Shown one piece after another: positions 38,683-50,942 of a stretch of 62,000 nucleotides of DNA (within the stretch, counting starts at the first letter, position 1; each line of letters opens with the position of its first letter). Location: contig NZ_JMCB01000008.1 in NCBI RefSeq assembly GCF_000737315.1, positions 144,001-206,000 on the forward strand, read 5' to 3'. The notes beneath the pieces were generated by a model. The model saw only the letters and a list, made by a program, of their open reading frames with translations, was not told where the DNA came from and made no database searches. Made by a program: the position numbers and the translations under genes. This DNA is from Hyalangium minutum (GTDB lineage Bacteria > Myxococcota > Myxococcia > Myxococcales > Myxococcaceae).

Positions 38683-39330
38683 CTACATCCCGCTGGAGAA
38701 GTGCCGCAGCTTCGCCTCCGCACCGAGCCGGTAGGCGTACCGAAGGTCGGACAGCAGCCTATCCAGCCGCCGTCCGGCCACATGCCCCATCAGCCGGGTG
38801 CAGAACGAGCGGGACAGCCGGTTGGCCTCCTCGTACCGCCAGCGCTCCTGGGTGGACAGCCGGGGCCGGTAGGAGACGCGCTCGAACAGGCGCCGCCGCA
38901 GCTCCTCGGACCAGGCCTTCACACCCTCGCCCCAGCGGTGCAGCAGGCAGACGGCGAACTTGTCCACCTCGGCCTGGGCCTCCAGTTCCAGCAGCGACAG
39001 AGCCCGCCCGTGGGCTGCCGTATGCGCCACATAGAGGAAGTGAGAGACACCCTCGGCCAGCTGGCAGTACCCATCGAGATCGCCATCGAGGATGTGGCCC
39101 ACGGGGCCCGCCTCGTAGGGCTTGAGCCGATCCAGCAGCGAGGGCGCCAGGTAGAGGGCCAGCTCCAGTTCCTCCTCCCCAGCCCCTCCGGCGACCAGCA
39201 GCTCCTCCTCCGCGCGCCCGGTGGATCCCAGCTGCACGGCGGCCTCCCGGTCCACCACGAAGGTCTCTGCCCGCGCCTCGCAGGTGATGCCGTAGATGGC
39301 CTCCAGGTGCTCCTGGATCCGACCGATCAT
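38683..39330 (-). CDS. Conserved hypothetical protein, possible zincin-like fold
   Basis: 215-aa ORF with host-like codon usage, 12 nt from the upstream gene. AEGVSHF...ELEAQAEVDKF motif. Confidence 0.7.
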   Translation of the reverse strand: MIGRIQEHLEAIYGITCEARAETFVVDREAAVQLGSTGRAEEELLVAGGAGEEELELALYLAPSLLDRLKPYEAGPVGHILDGDLDGYCQLAEGVSHFLYVAHTAAHGRALSLLELEAQAEVDKFAVCLLHRWGEGVKAWSEELRRRLFERVSYRPRLSTQERWRYEEANRLSRSFCTRLMGHVAGRRLDRLLSDLRYAYRLGAEAKLRHFSSGM

Positions 39331-39342
39331 GCGTGCTCCCGG

Positions 39343-39939
39343 CTAGTTGGGCAGATTCCCTTTGGGCGTCAGCATCCCCGCGTCCACCAGCACCCGCTCC
39401 AGCTTGTTGCTGCCGGTGCGCACCCACGTCTCGTACACCTTCAGAGTGCCCGTGGGCCCGCCCTGCACCATGCCGCGCGCGGAGATCTCCTCCAGCACGT
39501 CCACCAGGGCCCGGAACTTGGAGCACAGCTCGCGGTACACGTCCGCGAACCCCGCGCCGGGAGACAGATCGGCCACCTGCCCGTATGCCGTCCCGCCCAT
39601 CTGGATGTAGTAGTCCGGCCCCACCACGCTGCTCTGCAGGGCGCCCGCGAAGAACCCGGCCTTGTAGAGCGAGACGTCCCCCAGACGCCTCAGCGTCCGG
39701 ATGCGCTCTTCGCGATCTTGCTGCAGCGCCCGGTGGTACATCACCGCCAGCGGCTCGTGGTCCTTGCGCCCCTCCTGCTCCTGGCTGAACAGCTTGTCAC
39801 TGGCCGCAAACTCGGAGAGCAGGTTGACGAGGTAGAACTCCGTCATCTCCGCGATGACTACGCGCTGACGGCGAATGACTTCGCCCAGTATCGACTTGAA
39901 GAACTCCTTCAAAGAAGAACCAGTCACCAGTTCACTCAT
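39343..39939 (-). CDS. Conserved hypothetical protein divergent from groES
   Basis: GGAGGT RBS 7 nt before the ATG at 39939. LRRLGDVSLYKAGFF...DYYIQMGGTAY motif. Confidence 0.75.
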   Translation of the reverse strand: MSELVTGSSLKEFFKSILGEVIRRQRVVIAEMTEFYLVNLLSEFAASDKLFSQEQEGRKDHEPLAVMYHRALQQDREERIRTLRRLGDVSLYKAGFFAGALQSSVVGPDYYIQMGGTAYGQVADLSPGAGFADVYRELCSKFRALVDVLEEISARGMVQGGPTGTLKVYETWVRTGSNKLERVLVDAGMLTPKGNLPN

Positions 39940-40039
39940 CGACATCACCTCCGTCTCCCAGTGACGGGAGCTACCCCAAAAGGGTAGCAGCGGACGTTTT
40001 TGCCCGCAAAAGAGACCCCAGTCTTTTCAGACACTTACG

Positions 40040-40066
40040 CTGGCACTCTCCCTGGGAGAGTGCCAA
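40040..40066. promoter_or_regulatory. Second, degenerate CIRCE (HrcA operator)
   Basis: CTGGCACTC-N9-GAGTGCCAA, against the consensus TTAGCACTC-N9-GAGTGCTAA. Confidence 0.75.
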
Positions 40067-40178
40067 TTCCCGCAGGTGTGACCGGCGCGCGGCCGAGGCG
40101 GCTCCGAGCGGTGGCCTGCTGAAAAAAGGCAGTCAGGACGGCTGGTTAACGAAGCACAAGGACTCGCGTCGGGGTCGC

Positions 40179-40206
40179 TTGACGAGGTGACTTCCCTGGT
40201 TATTAT
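40179..40206 (+). promoter_or_regulatory. sigma70-type promoter of groESL
   Basis: TTGACG-N16-TATTAT directly upstream of the perfect CIRCE. Confidence 0.65.
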
Positions 40207-40222
40207 CCGGCGCGCTTGAGCC

Positions 40223-40249
40223 TTAGCACTCGGCAGTAGCGAGTGCTAA
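40223..40249 (+). promoter_or_regulatory. Perfect CIRCE element (HrcA operator) upstream of groES
   Basis: TTAGCACTC-GGCAGTAGC-GAGTGCTAA is an exact consensus match. Confidence 0.97.
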
Positions 40250-40328
40250 AGCCCCCGGGCCCTCAGGCCCCTATCACCCCAGGCGCACGGCCCTCCCGGG
40301 CGCCTACTCGCTAGCAAGGAGACTGACC

Positions 40329-40619
40329 ATGAAGATTCGCCCCCTGCAGGACCGCCTCATCATCAAGCGCGTGGCTGAGGAGAACAAGACCAAGGGAGGT
40401 CTGTTCATCCCCGATACGGCCAAGGAGAAGCCGCTCGAGGGTAAGGTAGTTGCTGTCGGCAACGGCAAGGTGCTCGAGGACGGCAAGATCCGCCCGATGG
40501 ACATCAAGGCCGGCGACACCATCCTCTTCAGCAAGTACGCGGGCACCGAGATCAAGATCGACGGTGAGGATCACCTCATCCTCCGTGAGGAGGACGTGCT
40601 GGGTGTGATCGAGAAGTAA
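40329..40619 (+). CDS. groES: Co-chaperonin GroES
   Basis: [14 protein letters not shown]...[16 protein letters not shown]...[10 protein letters not shown]. Confidence 0.98.
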   Translation: MKIRPLQDRLIIKRVAEENKTKGGLFIPDTAKEKPLEGKVVAVGNGKVLEDGKIRPMDIKAGDTILFSKYAGTEIKIDGEDHLILREEDVLGVIEK

Positions 40620-42308
<1,689 letters not shown>

Positions 42309-42345
42309 TCGCCCCCTCGCCTGGCGCCTCGCGCGCCTGGTGGGC

Positions 42346-42389
42346 ACGGCCTCCGGTTCCTTCGTGGAGCCGGGGGCCGTCTGCTTTTT
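42346..42389 (+). terminator. Intrinsic terminator after groEL
   Basis: 15-bp stem ACGGCCTCCGGTTCC/GGAGCCGGGGGCCGT followed by CTGCTTTTT. Confidence 0.75.
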
Positions 42390-42454
42390 CGGGGAAGGTG
42401 GCGCGCCGCTGCCCTGCCTCTTAGCTTTGCTGGAAGACGAACAGGAGGACTGCC

Positions 42455-42712
42455 GTGAAGCCGGTGAAGATCTACACCACCAACTACTGTGGCTACTGCG
42501 TCCGGGCGAAGGACCTGCTCAAGCGCAAGGGCGTGAATTACGAGGAAGTGGACGTCACCGGCAACGACGACATGCGCACCCAGCTCGTGGAGATGAGCGG
42601 CGGCCAGCGCACGGTGCCGCAGATCTTCATCGGCGACACCCACGTGGGCGGCTACTCCGACTTGGCAGAGTTGGACCGCAACGGCCGCCTGGACCCGATG
42701 CTCCAAGGCTGA
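42455..42712 (+). CDS. grxC: Glutaredoxin 3
   Basis: CGYC active site and TVPQIFIGDTHVGG. Confidence 0.92.
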   Translation: MKPVKIYTTNYCGYCVRAKDLLKRKGVNYEEVDVTGNDDMRTQLVEMSGGQRTVPQIFIGDTHVGGYSDLAELDRNGRLDPMLQG

Positions 42713-42801
42713 GCAAGCAGACAGGCAGTCAACCCCCTCGGCACGTCTCCGGGCGTGAATAGCTTCCTGGGAAGGACAAAAACCTACCCAGGAGGAAGCA
42801 C

Positions 42802-43197
42802 ATGGCCGGTGAAGAGCGACAGACGGGGACCCGTGACGAGCACTACAACCTGATCAGCGCGCTGTACCACCTGCTCAAGGGTGCCTCGACGGCGGAGCAG
42901 TACATCCAAGACGCCCAGGAGGCAGGCGATCAGGAACTCGTGCAGTTCTTCAAGGATTGGCAGGACGAGCAGCGCAACTTCTCCGAGCGCGCCAAGAACC
43001 TGCTCAGCGGCCGGATGACCCATGCCCGCGCCGGCGTCGGAGCCGGCAAGAAGGCCGCCGGTGCCAAGCGCGAGACGCGCGAGATGAGGGACGTCACCAA
43101 CGCCAACGTGAGGTCCGGCGGCAACGCGAAGGACGACATCGTGGACGAGCAGTCCAAGGAGTCCTTCCCCGCCAGTGACTCGCCCGCGAAGTACTAG
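42802..43197 (+). CDS. Hypothetical stress-type protein (half-ferritin-like helices plus a C-terminal DEQSKESFPASD motif)
   Basis: GGAGG RBS. YNLISALYHLLKGA...YIQDA..GDQEL..FF helix pattern and ESFPASD tail. Confidence 0.7.
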   Translation: MAGEERQTGTRDEHYNLISALYHLLKGASTAEQYIQDAQEAGDQELVQFFKDWQDEQRNFSERAKNLLSGRMTHARAGVGAGKKAAGAKRETREMRDVTNANVRSGGNAKDDIVDEQSKESFPASDSPAKY

Positions 43198-43262
43198 CCC
43201 GAGGGCTCGGCCCGCGGAGTCCTGCTGGATTCCGCGAGGCCGATGGTCTTGACTCACCGGCC

Positions 43263-44285
43263 GTGAACCGTGCCGGACCGCTTCTCGTGGGTGCCCTCCT
43301 GCTGCTGGCCCTCACGGGTGCTGCGTGCAGCTCGGGGTACAAGATTCAGCGTGATGTGCCCGCGGAGCTGTCCGCCTCCGCGGTGATGGTCTACCCCTTC
43401 CAGTTCCGGTGGCCGGAGCGCGCGTATCGCTCCTTCGAGCTGTCCCAGCGGCTCATCGACGTGGCCCTTGCCGAGGCTGGTGAGAGGGCCCTCTTCTTCG
43501 GCCCCTCCGAGTTCAAGGTCTACCGTCCGGACGACAACAACGCCTGGGCGGCCAGCACCGCCGTGCCCCTGCTGGTGCCCTACAGCGTCCGCCCCGAGCA
43601 GGCCTTGGTGCTTCGTTCCTGGGCGGAGCGCCGCGTCCAATCGGGGCAGCGCGAGCTGCTCGACGACAAGGGCCGCCCCATGGGCCAGAGCACCGTGGAG
43701 GAGACGACGTACCTGGGCCACGTGGAGGTGCTGCACCCCTCGACTCAGCGCCGGGTGCTGGAGATCTCCGGCGAAGTCCAAGCAGATCCCTTCGCCGAGC
43801 GCACGGATGACGGCGCGGATCCGGCGCCCGAGCTCACCGTCCTCATGGAGAAGCTCACCCGGCAGGCGCTGCAGGCCCTGAAGGAGCACCTGCACGCTCC
43901 CCGAGCGCCCTCCCCTGCCCCCGCCACGGTGGCGAGCATCCCCTGGCAGGCCTTCGAATATGCAGACGAGGGGCGCCCGGCCCACGTGGGGGCGCTGGCA
44001 TCGATGGATCCGCTGGATGCCGAGTTACTCCGCCAGCAGCGCTTGCGTTTCGCCAATCCTGGAGTGGAAACACCCGTGCTGGATCGCCTGGCCCGGCTCC
44101 CCGCCGGACTGTACGTCCTGTCCTCACCCGAGGGCGGAAAGCTGTCCGTAGGGGACCTCTTGCTGCAGGTTGATGGCCAGCCCGCCCTCCCCCAGGTGTT
44201 GGCTCGGACACGGCTGGCGCCCACCCCTGCCCAGATTCAGATCCGTCGAGCAGCGGGGGGAACCTTCCAGATTCTCCTGCCCTGA
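43263..44285 (+). CDS. Hypothetical lipoprotein with a PDZ-like C-terminus
   Basis: Lipobox-like TGAAC and C-terminal GKLSVGDLLLQVDGQP. Confidence 0.7.
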   Translation: MNRAGPLLVGALLLLALTGAACSSGYKIQRDVPAELSASAVMVYPFQFRWPERAYRSFELSQRLIDVALAEAGERALFFGPSEFKVYRPDDNNAWAASTAVPLLVPYSVRPEQALVLRSWAERRVQSGQRELLDDKGRPMGQSTVEETTYLGHVEVLHPSTQRRVLEISGEVQADPFAERTDDGADPAPELTVLMEKLTRQALQALKEHLHAPRAPSPAPATVASIPWQAFEYADEGRPAHVGALASMDPLDAELLRQQRLRFANPGVETPVLDRLARLPAGLYVLSSPEGGKLSVGDLLLQVDGQPALPQVLARTRLAPTPAQIQIRRAAGGTFQILLP

Positions 44286-44383
44286 GTTTGTTTGTCTTGC
44301 CCCCCACGTCCAAACGCCCATAAACAGGGCCCCTCCAGAGCAAGACGGGCTGCTGTGGGCGGCCCGAGTCGAAGGCGAGCACC

Positions 44384-45772
<1,389 letters not shown>

Positions 45773-45804
45773 GCCCACACACCGCCACACTGAGGGGAGT
45801 ACAC

Positions 45805-46992
45805 ATGTTGCGCCGTCTCGCCATTGGAGCTGTCCTCGTCACCGCCGCCTGTGCCGGCCAGCAGAAGCAGGAGGCCGCCGCCGCTGCCGCCGCCACGGTG
45901 CAGGAGCGCATGCGCATTACCAACCAGCCCGTGTTCGACGTGGCCGTATGCCACCCGCGCGCGCTGGAGCTGCCCCAACCGCCGAACCAGGGCATCCTGG
46001 TGGGCGCGCTCGTGTCCACGCGCTCGCAGGTGATGGAGTGCCTGGTGGACCCGAAGGACCGCGGCCCCGCCACCACCACCAAGGTCACCATCAAGACCAC
46101 GGTGAACGACCAGGCCGCCACCCACACCGTCACCGGGGAGAACCTGACGCCCGAGGGCCAGGCGTGCGTGCAGAACGTGGTGAACAAGGCGGTGCCGGTG
46201 CAGCCGCTGGCCAAGGGCGGCACGCCGGTGGAGGCCGAGGCCTCCTTCATCCACGAGCTGAACAACAGCCCGGCGGTCTCCTTCGGCGTCAACGAGGGCT
46301 CGGACTTCTCGGGCGAGGTGCGCCTGGCCCAGCCACAGTGGTGCGACTGCTACGCGGCCTTCGCCACCCAGGCGCCTCCGGTGCTGACGGCGAAGATCAC
46401 CCTGAAGAAGGCCTCCCCGACGGCGGCGGATGTGACGTTCGAGCCGAGCGGCAACACCGAGGGCGACCAGCTGGCGGCCTGCCTGAAGCAGAAGATTCTG
46501 ACGCTGCCGGCGAAGGTGAGCTCGGACGAGCTGAGCTTCCCGCACCGCTTCGTGCACTTCCACGCGCAGGCCACGGAGCCGGCGGCCAACCTGCCGCCCG
46601 AGCTGCGCTTCTACCAGCTGGAGCTGGTGCGCGGTCAGCGCGCGGCGGACTCGGCGATTGCCTTCGGCCAGCGCGCCAACGCAGCCGAGGCGTATGACGC
46701 CATCGTCGCCAAGTACCAGAAGTCGAAGGACTGGAAGCTGGTGCCCGAGCTGAAGGAGAAGTGCGCGGCGCTGGTGAAGTCGGCGGACGGCTGGATCAGC
46801 GCCATCGAGGCGCAGCAGGCGGCGGAGCAGGCCACGGTGACGCTGGTGCAGGAGCTGAAGGCCAAGGACGAGGGCTGGACCGCGGTGGAGGCCAAGAGCC
46901 AGGAGGCGCTGACGGCCACCCAGAAGGACCTGGAGACGGCCAAGCAGCGCCGCCAGGCCGACGAGGGCGCCTGCCCCAAGGAGCGCAAGTAG
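45805..46992 (+). CDS. Hypothetical Cys-containing lipoprotein with tandem TonB-C/AgmX-like domains and a coiled-coil C-terminus
   Basis: Lipobox TAAC, two C...C-bracketed alpha/beta units and a GAGGGGAG RBS. Confidence 0.65.
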   Translation: MLRRLAIGAVLVTAACAGQQKQEAAAAAAATVQERMRITNQPVFDVAVCHPRALELPQPPNQGILVGALVSTRSQVMECLVDPKDRGPATTTKVTIKTTVNDQAATHTVTGENLTPEGQACVQNVVNKAVPVQPLAKGGTPVEAEASFIHELNNSPAVSFGVNEGSDFSGEVRLAQPQWCDCYAAFATQAPPVLTAKITLKKASPTAADVTFEPSGNTEGDQLAACLKQKILTLPAKVSSDELSFPHRFVHFHAQATEPAANLPPELRFYQLELVRGQRAADSAIAFGQRANAAEAYDAIVAKYQKSKDWKLVPELKEKCAALVKSADGWISAIEAQQAAEQATVTLVQELKAKDEGWTAVEAKSQEALTATQKDLETAKQRRQADEGACPKERK

Positions 46993-47048
46993 CCGCTCGG
47001 AAGTGAAAGAGGCCCCCGCCACAAGCTGCCGGAGGCCTCGAAACGGAG

Positions 47049-47084
47049 AAGGCGCGGGACCCATTCAGGGGCCCGCGCCTTTTT
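47049..47084. terminator. Probable bidirectional terminator between convergent genes
   Basis: AAGGCGCGGG...CCCGCGCCTTTTT. Confidence 0.7.
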
Positions 47085-47103
47085 CGTGGCACAGCGAGGG
47101 AAA

Positions 47104-50100
47104 TCAGGCGGCGGTGACGTTGTCGTTGGCCGCGGTGGCCTCGCGGATCTTCACGCTCACCAGCTTGGAGATGCCGGGCTCCTCCATCGTCACGCCGTAC
47201 AGCGTGTCAGCCACCTCCATGGTCCGCTTGTTGTGGGTGATGAGGATGAACTGCGACTGGCGGCTCATCTCCTTCACCATCTCGTTGTAGCGGCCCACGT
47301 TGCCCTCATCCAGCGGCGCGTCGACCTCGTCCAGGAGGCAGAACGGCGTCGGCTTGATGAGGAAGATGCCGAAGATGAGCGCCACGGCCGTGAGCGCCTT
47401 CTCGCCACCCGACAGCAGGTTCACGCTCTGCAGCTTCTTGCCCGGCGGCTGAGCGACGATTTCCACGCCCTGCTCGGCGCCCGGGCCCTCGTTGGTGAGC
47501 ACCAGGCTGGCGCGCCCACCGCCGAACAGCCGCGGGAACACCGCCTGGAACTTCTCGTTCACCACGTCGAACGTCTGCTTGAAGCGCTCGCGGCTCGTGG
47601 AGTCGATGCGGGAGATGGCCTCCTTGAGATGCTCCAGCGTCGCCATCAGGTCCTTCTTCTGATTCGCCAGGAAGTCGAAGCGCTTGGTCAGCTCCGCGTG
47701 CTCCTCGATGGCCGTGAGGTTGATCTCCCCCATCTTCTCCACCTGGGCCCGCAGCTCCTTCAGCTCCTCCTGGACCTCGGGTGCCAGCGGCGCCAGCAGG
47801 TGGTAGCGGTGCAGCTCCAGCTCCAGCTCCACCTGGTGCCGCTCGCGGATGCCCGCGCCCAGGTGCTCCAGTTCCAGCGCAATCTCGCGCTCCTTCAGCG
47901 AGATCTGCGACAAGCCCTGCATCAGCTCGTCCAGCCGGCCACGCAGCTCGCGGAACACCGTGTCCTGCTCACGCACCTCGGTAGAGGCCGCAGCGTGCCC
48001 GGTACGGCGGCCCTCGAGCGTCTCCGCCGCCTGGCGGTGCTCCTCGGACCGCTTCCCACGCCCGCCCTCCGTCTCCTCGATCTTCCGCGTCAGCTCGTCC
48101 GTGCGAGCCGTCCCCTCGCCCACCGTCGCCCGGAGGCGGTAGATGCGCTCCTCCATCTCCTTGCGCTGGGAGATGAGGCTCTCCAGCTCCTTGCGCGCCG
48201 ACTCGCCGCGCTCGCTGCCCGCGGCCACCTTGATGCGCAGGCCCATCAGCTCCGCGGACGCCGTGTCCGAGCGCTGCTTCAGCGACTCCAGCTCGGCCGA
48301 CAGCTGCCGCACGCGCTCCTCGCGGCCCTCGCGATCCGCCTGCCCGTGAGCCACCTCGCCCCGGCTGTTCTCCTCCTCGTGCACCAGCGCCCCGTGTGAG
48401 TGCGCCAGCTGCGTCTCGTCCGCCTCCACCGCCGTGAGCCGCTCGCGCACCCGGGCCAGGTCCTCGCTGGCCTTGTGCAGATCCTTCTCCTGGTTGGCCA
48501 GGTTCAGCTCCTCGGCGTGCTGGTTCTTCGCCAGCCCCTTGAGCACGTTCTCCGCCTGGCCCATCTGCTTCTGGAGCGTGTAGTGCCGGGTGAGGATCTC
48601 GTTGTAGCGCTCCTCCACCTGGGCCACCTGGGCGCTCAGCTCGGCGATCTCGCGCTTCTTCTGCAGCGCGCCCACGGCCGCGCCCTCGCGCTCACCGCCC
48701 GTGAGCGTGCCGTCCGCGCGCACCACCTCGCCCTCCAGCGTGACGAGCGTGCACTGCGGGCCGCCCGCCGCCGCGTACGCTCGCGCGGACTCCAGATCCT
48801 GGACGATGACCACGTCGCCCAGGAGCAGCCGAACCACCGGCTGGAGCGCCTCCTCGTACTTCACCTCGGCGTAGGCGCTGCCCAGCACGCCGGGCCGGCT
48901 GAAGTCCGGCTCCACCACGGCCGCATCGAGGCGCGGCACCGGCAGGAAGCTGCCCCGGCCCTCCGAGGCCGTCCGCAGGTACTCCACCAGCTCGAAGCCC
49001 TTGTCCGGGCTCTCGACGATGACGTGCTGGAGCCGCTCGCCCAGCGCCGCCTCCACCGCCCGCTCGAAGCGCGGCGGAGCCGTGAGCACGTCCGCCACCA
49101 GGCCGAAGATGCCCTGCTCGCGGAACTGCTGCCCTGCGCGCATCATCACCGCGCGCACGCCGCGATCGAAGCCCTCGTAGTTCTTCTGCAGTTCCTCCAG
49201 CGAAGCCATGCGGCTGCGCTTGTCGGCCAGCTCCTCACGGAGGCTGATGACGTGGAGCTCGCTCTCGGTGAACTCGGCCCGGGTGCGCGCCAGCGCCTCC
49301 TCCTCGTGCGTCTTGCGCTCGGCCAGCTCCAGCGCGTTGTGGCGGCTCTCCTCCACCTGCTGCAGCACCGTGGAGCGGCTGCGCTCCAGCTCCTGCTCCT
49401 GGGCGCGCAGGGTCTCGGCCTCCGCGCGGATCTTCTCGCGGCGGGCCTCCAGGTCCGTGCGCTGCCGGGCCAGGTTCACCAGGTTGGACTCGTGGTTGGC
49501 CAGACGCGCCGCCACGGCCACCAGGGCGGCCCGCTCCTGCTCCAGCCGCATCCCCACTTCCGTCTGCAGCTGAGTGGTCCGGCGCAGCTCCTCCTGCGCC
49601 ACCTGCATCGCAACCTCGTCCTCCTTCCACGACCCGGCGATGCCCGACAGCTCCGCCTCGCGGGCGGCCATGGTGTCGGCCACCTCCGCCTGGCGGGCCA
49701 GCAGCGCGTTCAGCTCGCCCTCGGCCTGGTGGACGCGGGTGCTCGTCTCCTCGAGGTCCTTGCGCCAGTAGGCCAGGTCCTGGTCATCGCGCTGCACCGC
49801 GCGCTCCAGGGCGTGGACCTCGCTGGCCAGCTTCTGGAGGGCCTCGGCCTCGGCGTCCAGCCCGGCGCGGCGCTGGGTGATGCCCTCCTCCAGCTCGCGC
49901 ACCCGGTCGATGTTCTCGCGCTCCTCGGAGCTCAGGCTCTCCAGGCGCAGCTGGAGCACCTTCTTCTCCGACTGCAGCTCCAGGTAGCGGTGCGAGGCGG
50001 CGTGCAGGTCAATCTCCCGCATGCGCGACTTGAGCTTCTTGTACTTCTCGGCCTTCTTCGCCTGCCGGGACAGCGTGTCGAGCCGCTTCTCCAGCTCGTT

Positions 50101-50697
50101 GGTGATGTCCGTGACGCGCAGGAGGTTGGCCTCGGTGGCCTCCATCTTGCGCTCGGCCGCCTTGCGCCGGGTCTTGTACTTCGTAATCCCGGCGGCCTCC
50201 TCGATGATGCTGCGGCGGTCCTCCGGCTTGCTGGAGACGATGAGGCCCACGCGGCCCTGCTCGATGATGGAGTAGGCCTTGGTGCCCACGCCGGTGCCCA
50301 GCAGCATCTCCGTAATATCGAGCAGGCGGCAGGTGGTCTTGTTGATGAGGTACTCGGACTCGCCGTTGCGGAACAGGCGCCGGGTGACGGTGATCTCCGG
50401 GAAGCCCTGATACTGGGGCGCGAGCTGATCCGCCTCCTCAATGGTGAAGGTGAGGGACACCTCGGCCATGGAGAGCGGCGGCTTGTTCTCCGAGCCGTTG
50501 AAGATGACGTCCTCCATGCCGCGGCCACGGAGGTTCTTGGCGCTTTGCTCGCCCATGGCCCAGCGGATGGCGTCCACCACGTTGGACTTGCCGCAGCCGT
50601 TGGGGCCAACGATGCCGGTGACACCGTCATCGAAGCTGAAGACGCTGCGCTCCATGAAAGACTTGAAGCCGGTAATGTCCAGGCGCTTGATTCGCAT
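47104..50697 (-). CDS. smc: Chromosome segregation protein SMC
   Basis: GFKSF, GPNGCGKSN, long coiled coils with hinge (GIFGLVAD), LSGGEK and LLDEVDAPLD. Confidence 0.97.
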   Translation of the reverse strand: MRIKRLDITGFKSFMERSVFSFDDGVTGIVGPNGCGKSNVVDAIRWAMGEQSAKNLRGRGMEDVIFNGSENKPPLSMAEVSLTFTIEEADQLAPQYQGFPEITVTRRLFRNGESEYLINKTTCRLLDITEMLLGTGVGTKAYSIIEQGRVGLIVSSKPEDRRSIIEEAAGITKYKTRRKAAERKMEATEANLLRVTDITNELEKRLDTLSRQAKKAEKYKKLKSRMREIDLHAASHRYLELQSEKKVLQLRLESLSSEERENIDRVRELEEGITQRRAGLDAEAEALQKLASEVHALERAVQRDDQDLAYWRKDLEETSTRVHQAEGELNALLARQAEVADTMAAREAELSGIAGSWKEDEVAMQVAQEELRRTTQLQTEVGMRLEQERAALVAVAARLANHESNLVNLARQRTDLEARREKIRAEAETLRAQEQELERSRSTVLQQVEESRHNALELAERKTHEEEALARTRAEFTESELHVISLREELADKRSRMASLEELQKNYEGFDRGVRAVMMRAGQQFREQGIFGLVADVLTAPPRFERAVEAALGERLQHVIVESPDKGFELVEYLRTASEGRGSFLPVPRLDAAVVEPDFSRPGVLGSAYAEVKYEEALQPVVRLLLGDVVIVQDLESARAYAAAGGPQCTLVTLEGEVVRADGTLTGGEREGAAVGALQKKREIAELSAQVAQVEERYNEILTRHYTLQKQMGQAENVLKGLAKNQHAEELNLANQEKDLHKASEDLARVRERLTAVEADETQLAHSHGALVHEEENSRGEVAHGQADREGREERVRQLSAELESLKQRSDTASAELMGLRIKVAAGSERGESARKELESLISQRKEMEERIYRLRATVGEGTARTDELTRKIEETEGGRGKRSEEHRQAAETLEGRRTGHAAASTEVREQDTVFRELRGRLDELMQGLSQISLKEREIALELEHLGAGIRERHQVELELELHRYHLLAPLAPEVQEELKELRAQVEKMGEINLTAIEEHAELTKRFDFLANQKKDLMATLEHLKEAISRIDSTSRERFKQTFDVVNEKFQAVFPRLFGGGRASLVLTNEGPGAEQGVEIVAQPPGKKLQSVNLLSGGEKALTAVALIFGIFLIKPTPFCLLDEVDAPLDEGNVGRYNEMVKEMSRQSQFILITHNKRTMEVADTLYGVTMEEPGISKLVSVKIREATAANDNVTAA

Positions 50698-50942
50698 CCC
50701 GTGGGGCTCCTGTGGGCTTGGTGCGCGTGAGGTGGGAAATCGCTCCAAGGCCGAAAAATCGGCCCCGGAATGTGGTCAGAAGTACCAGTCACAGGTGGCC
50801 AGATCAAGCGTGACCATGCACCGTGTGACCCTACATTTCGAAAGGTGCCCTGTACCGGCGGTGATCAGCGGAGCGTGCAGGTAAGGGGTTGAAAAGTGAG
50901 AGATGCACCCTACCTTTCCGGTGATCTTTCTGGAGGAAGCCT

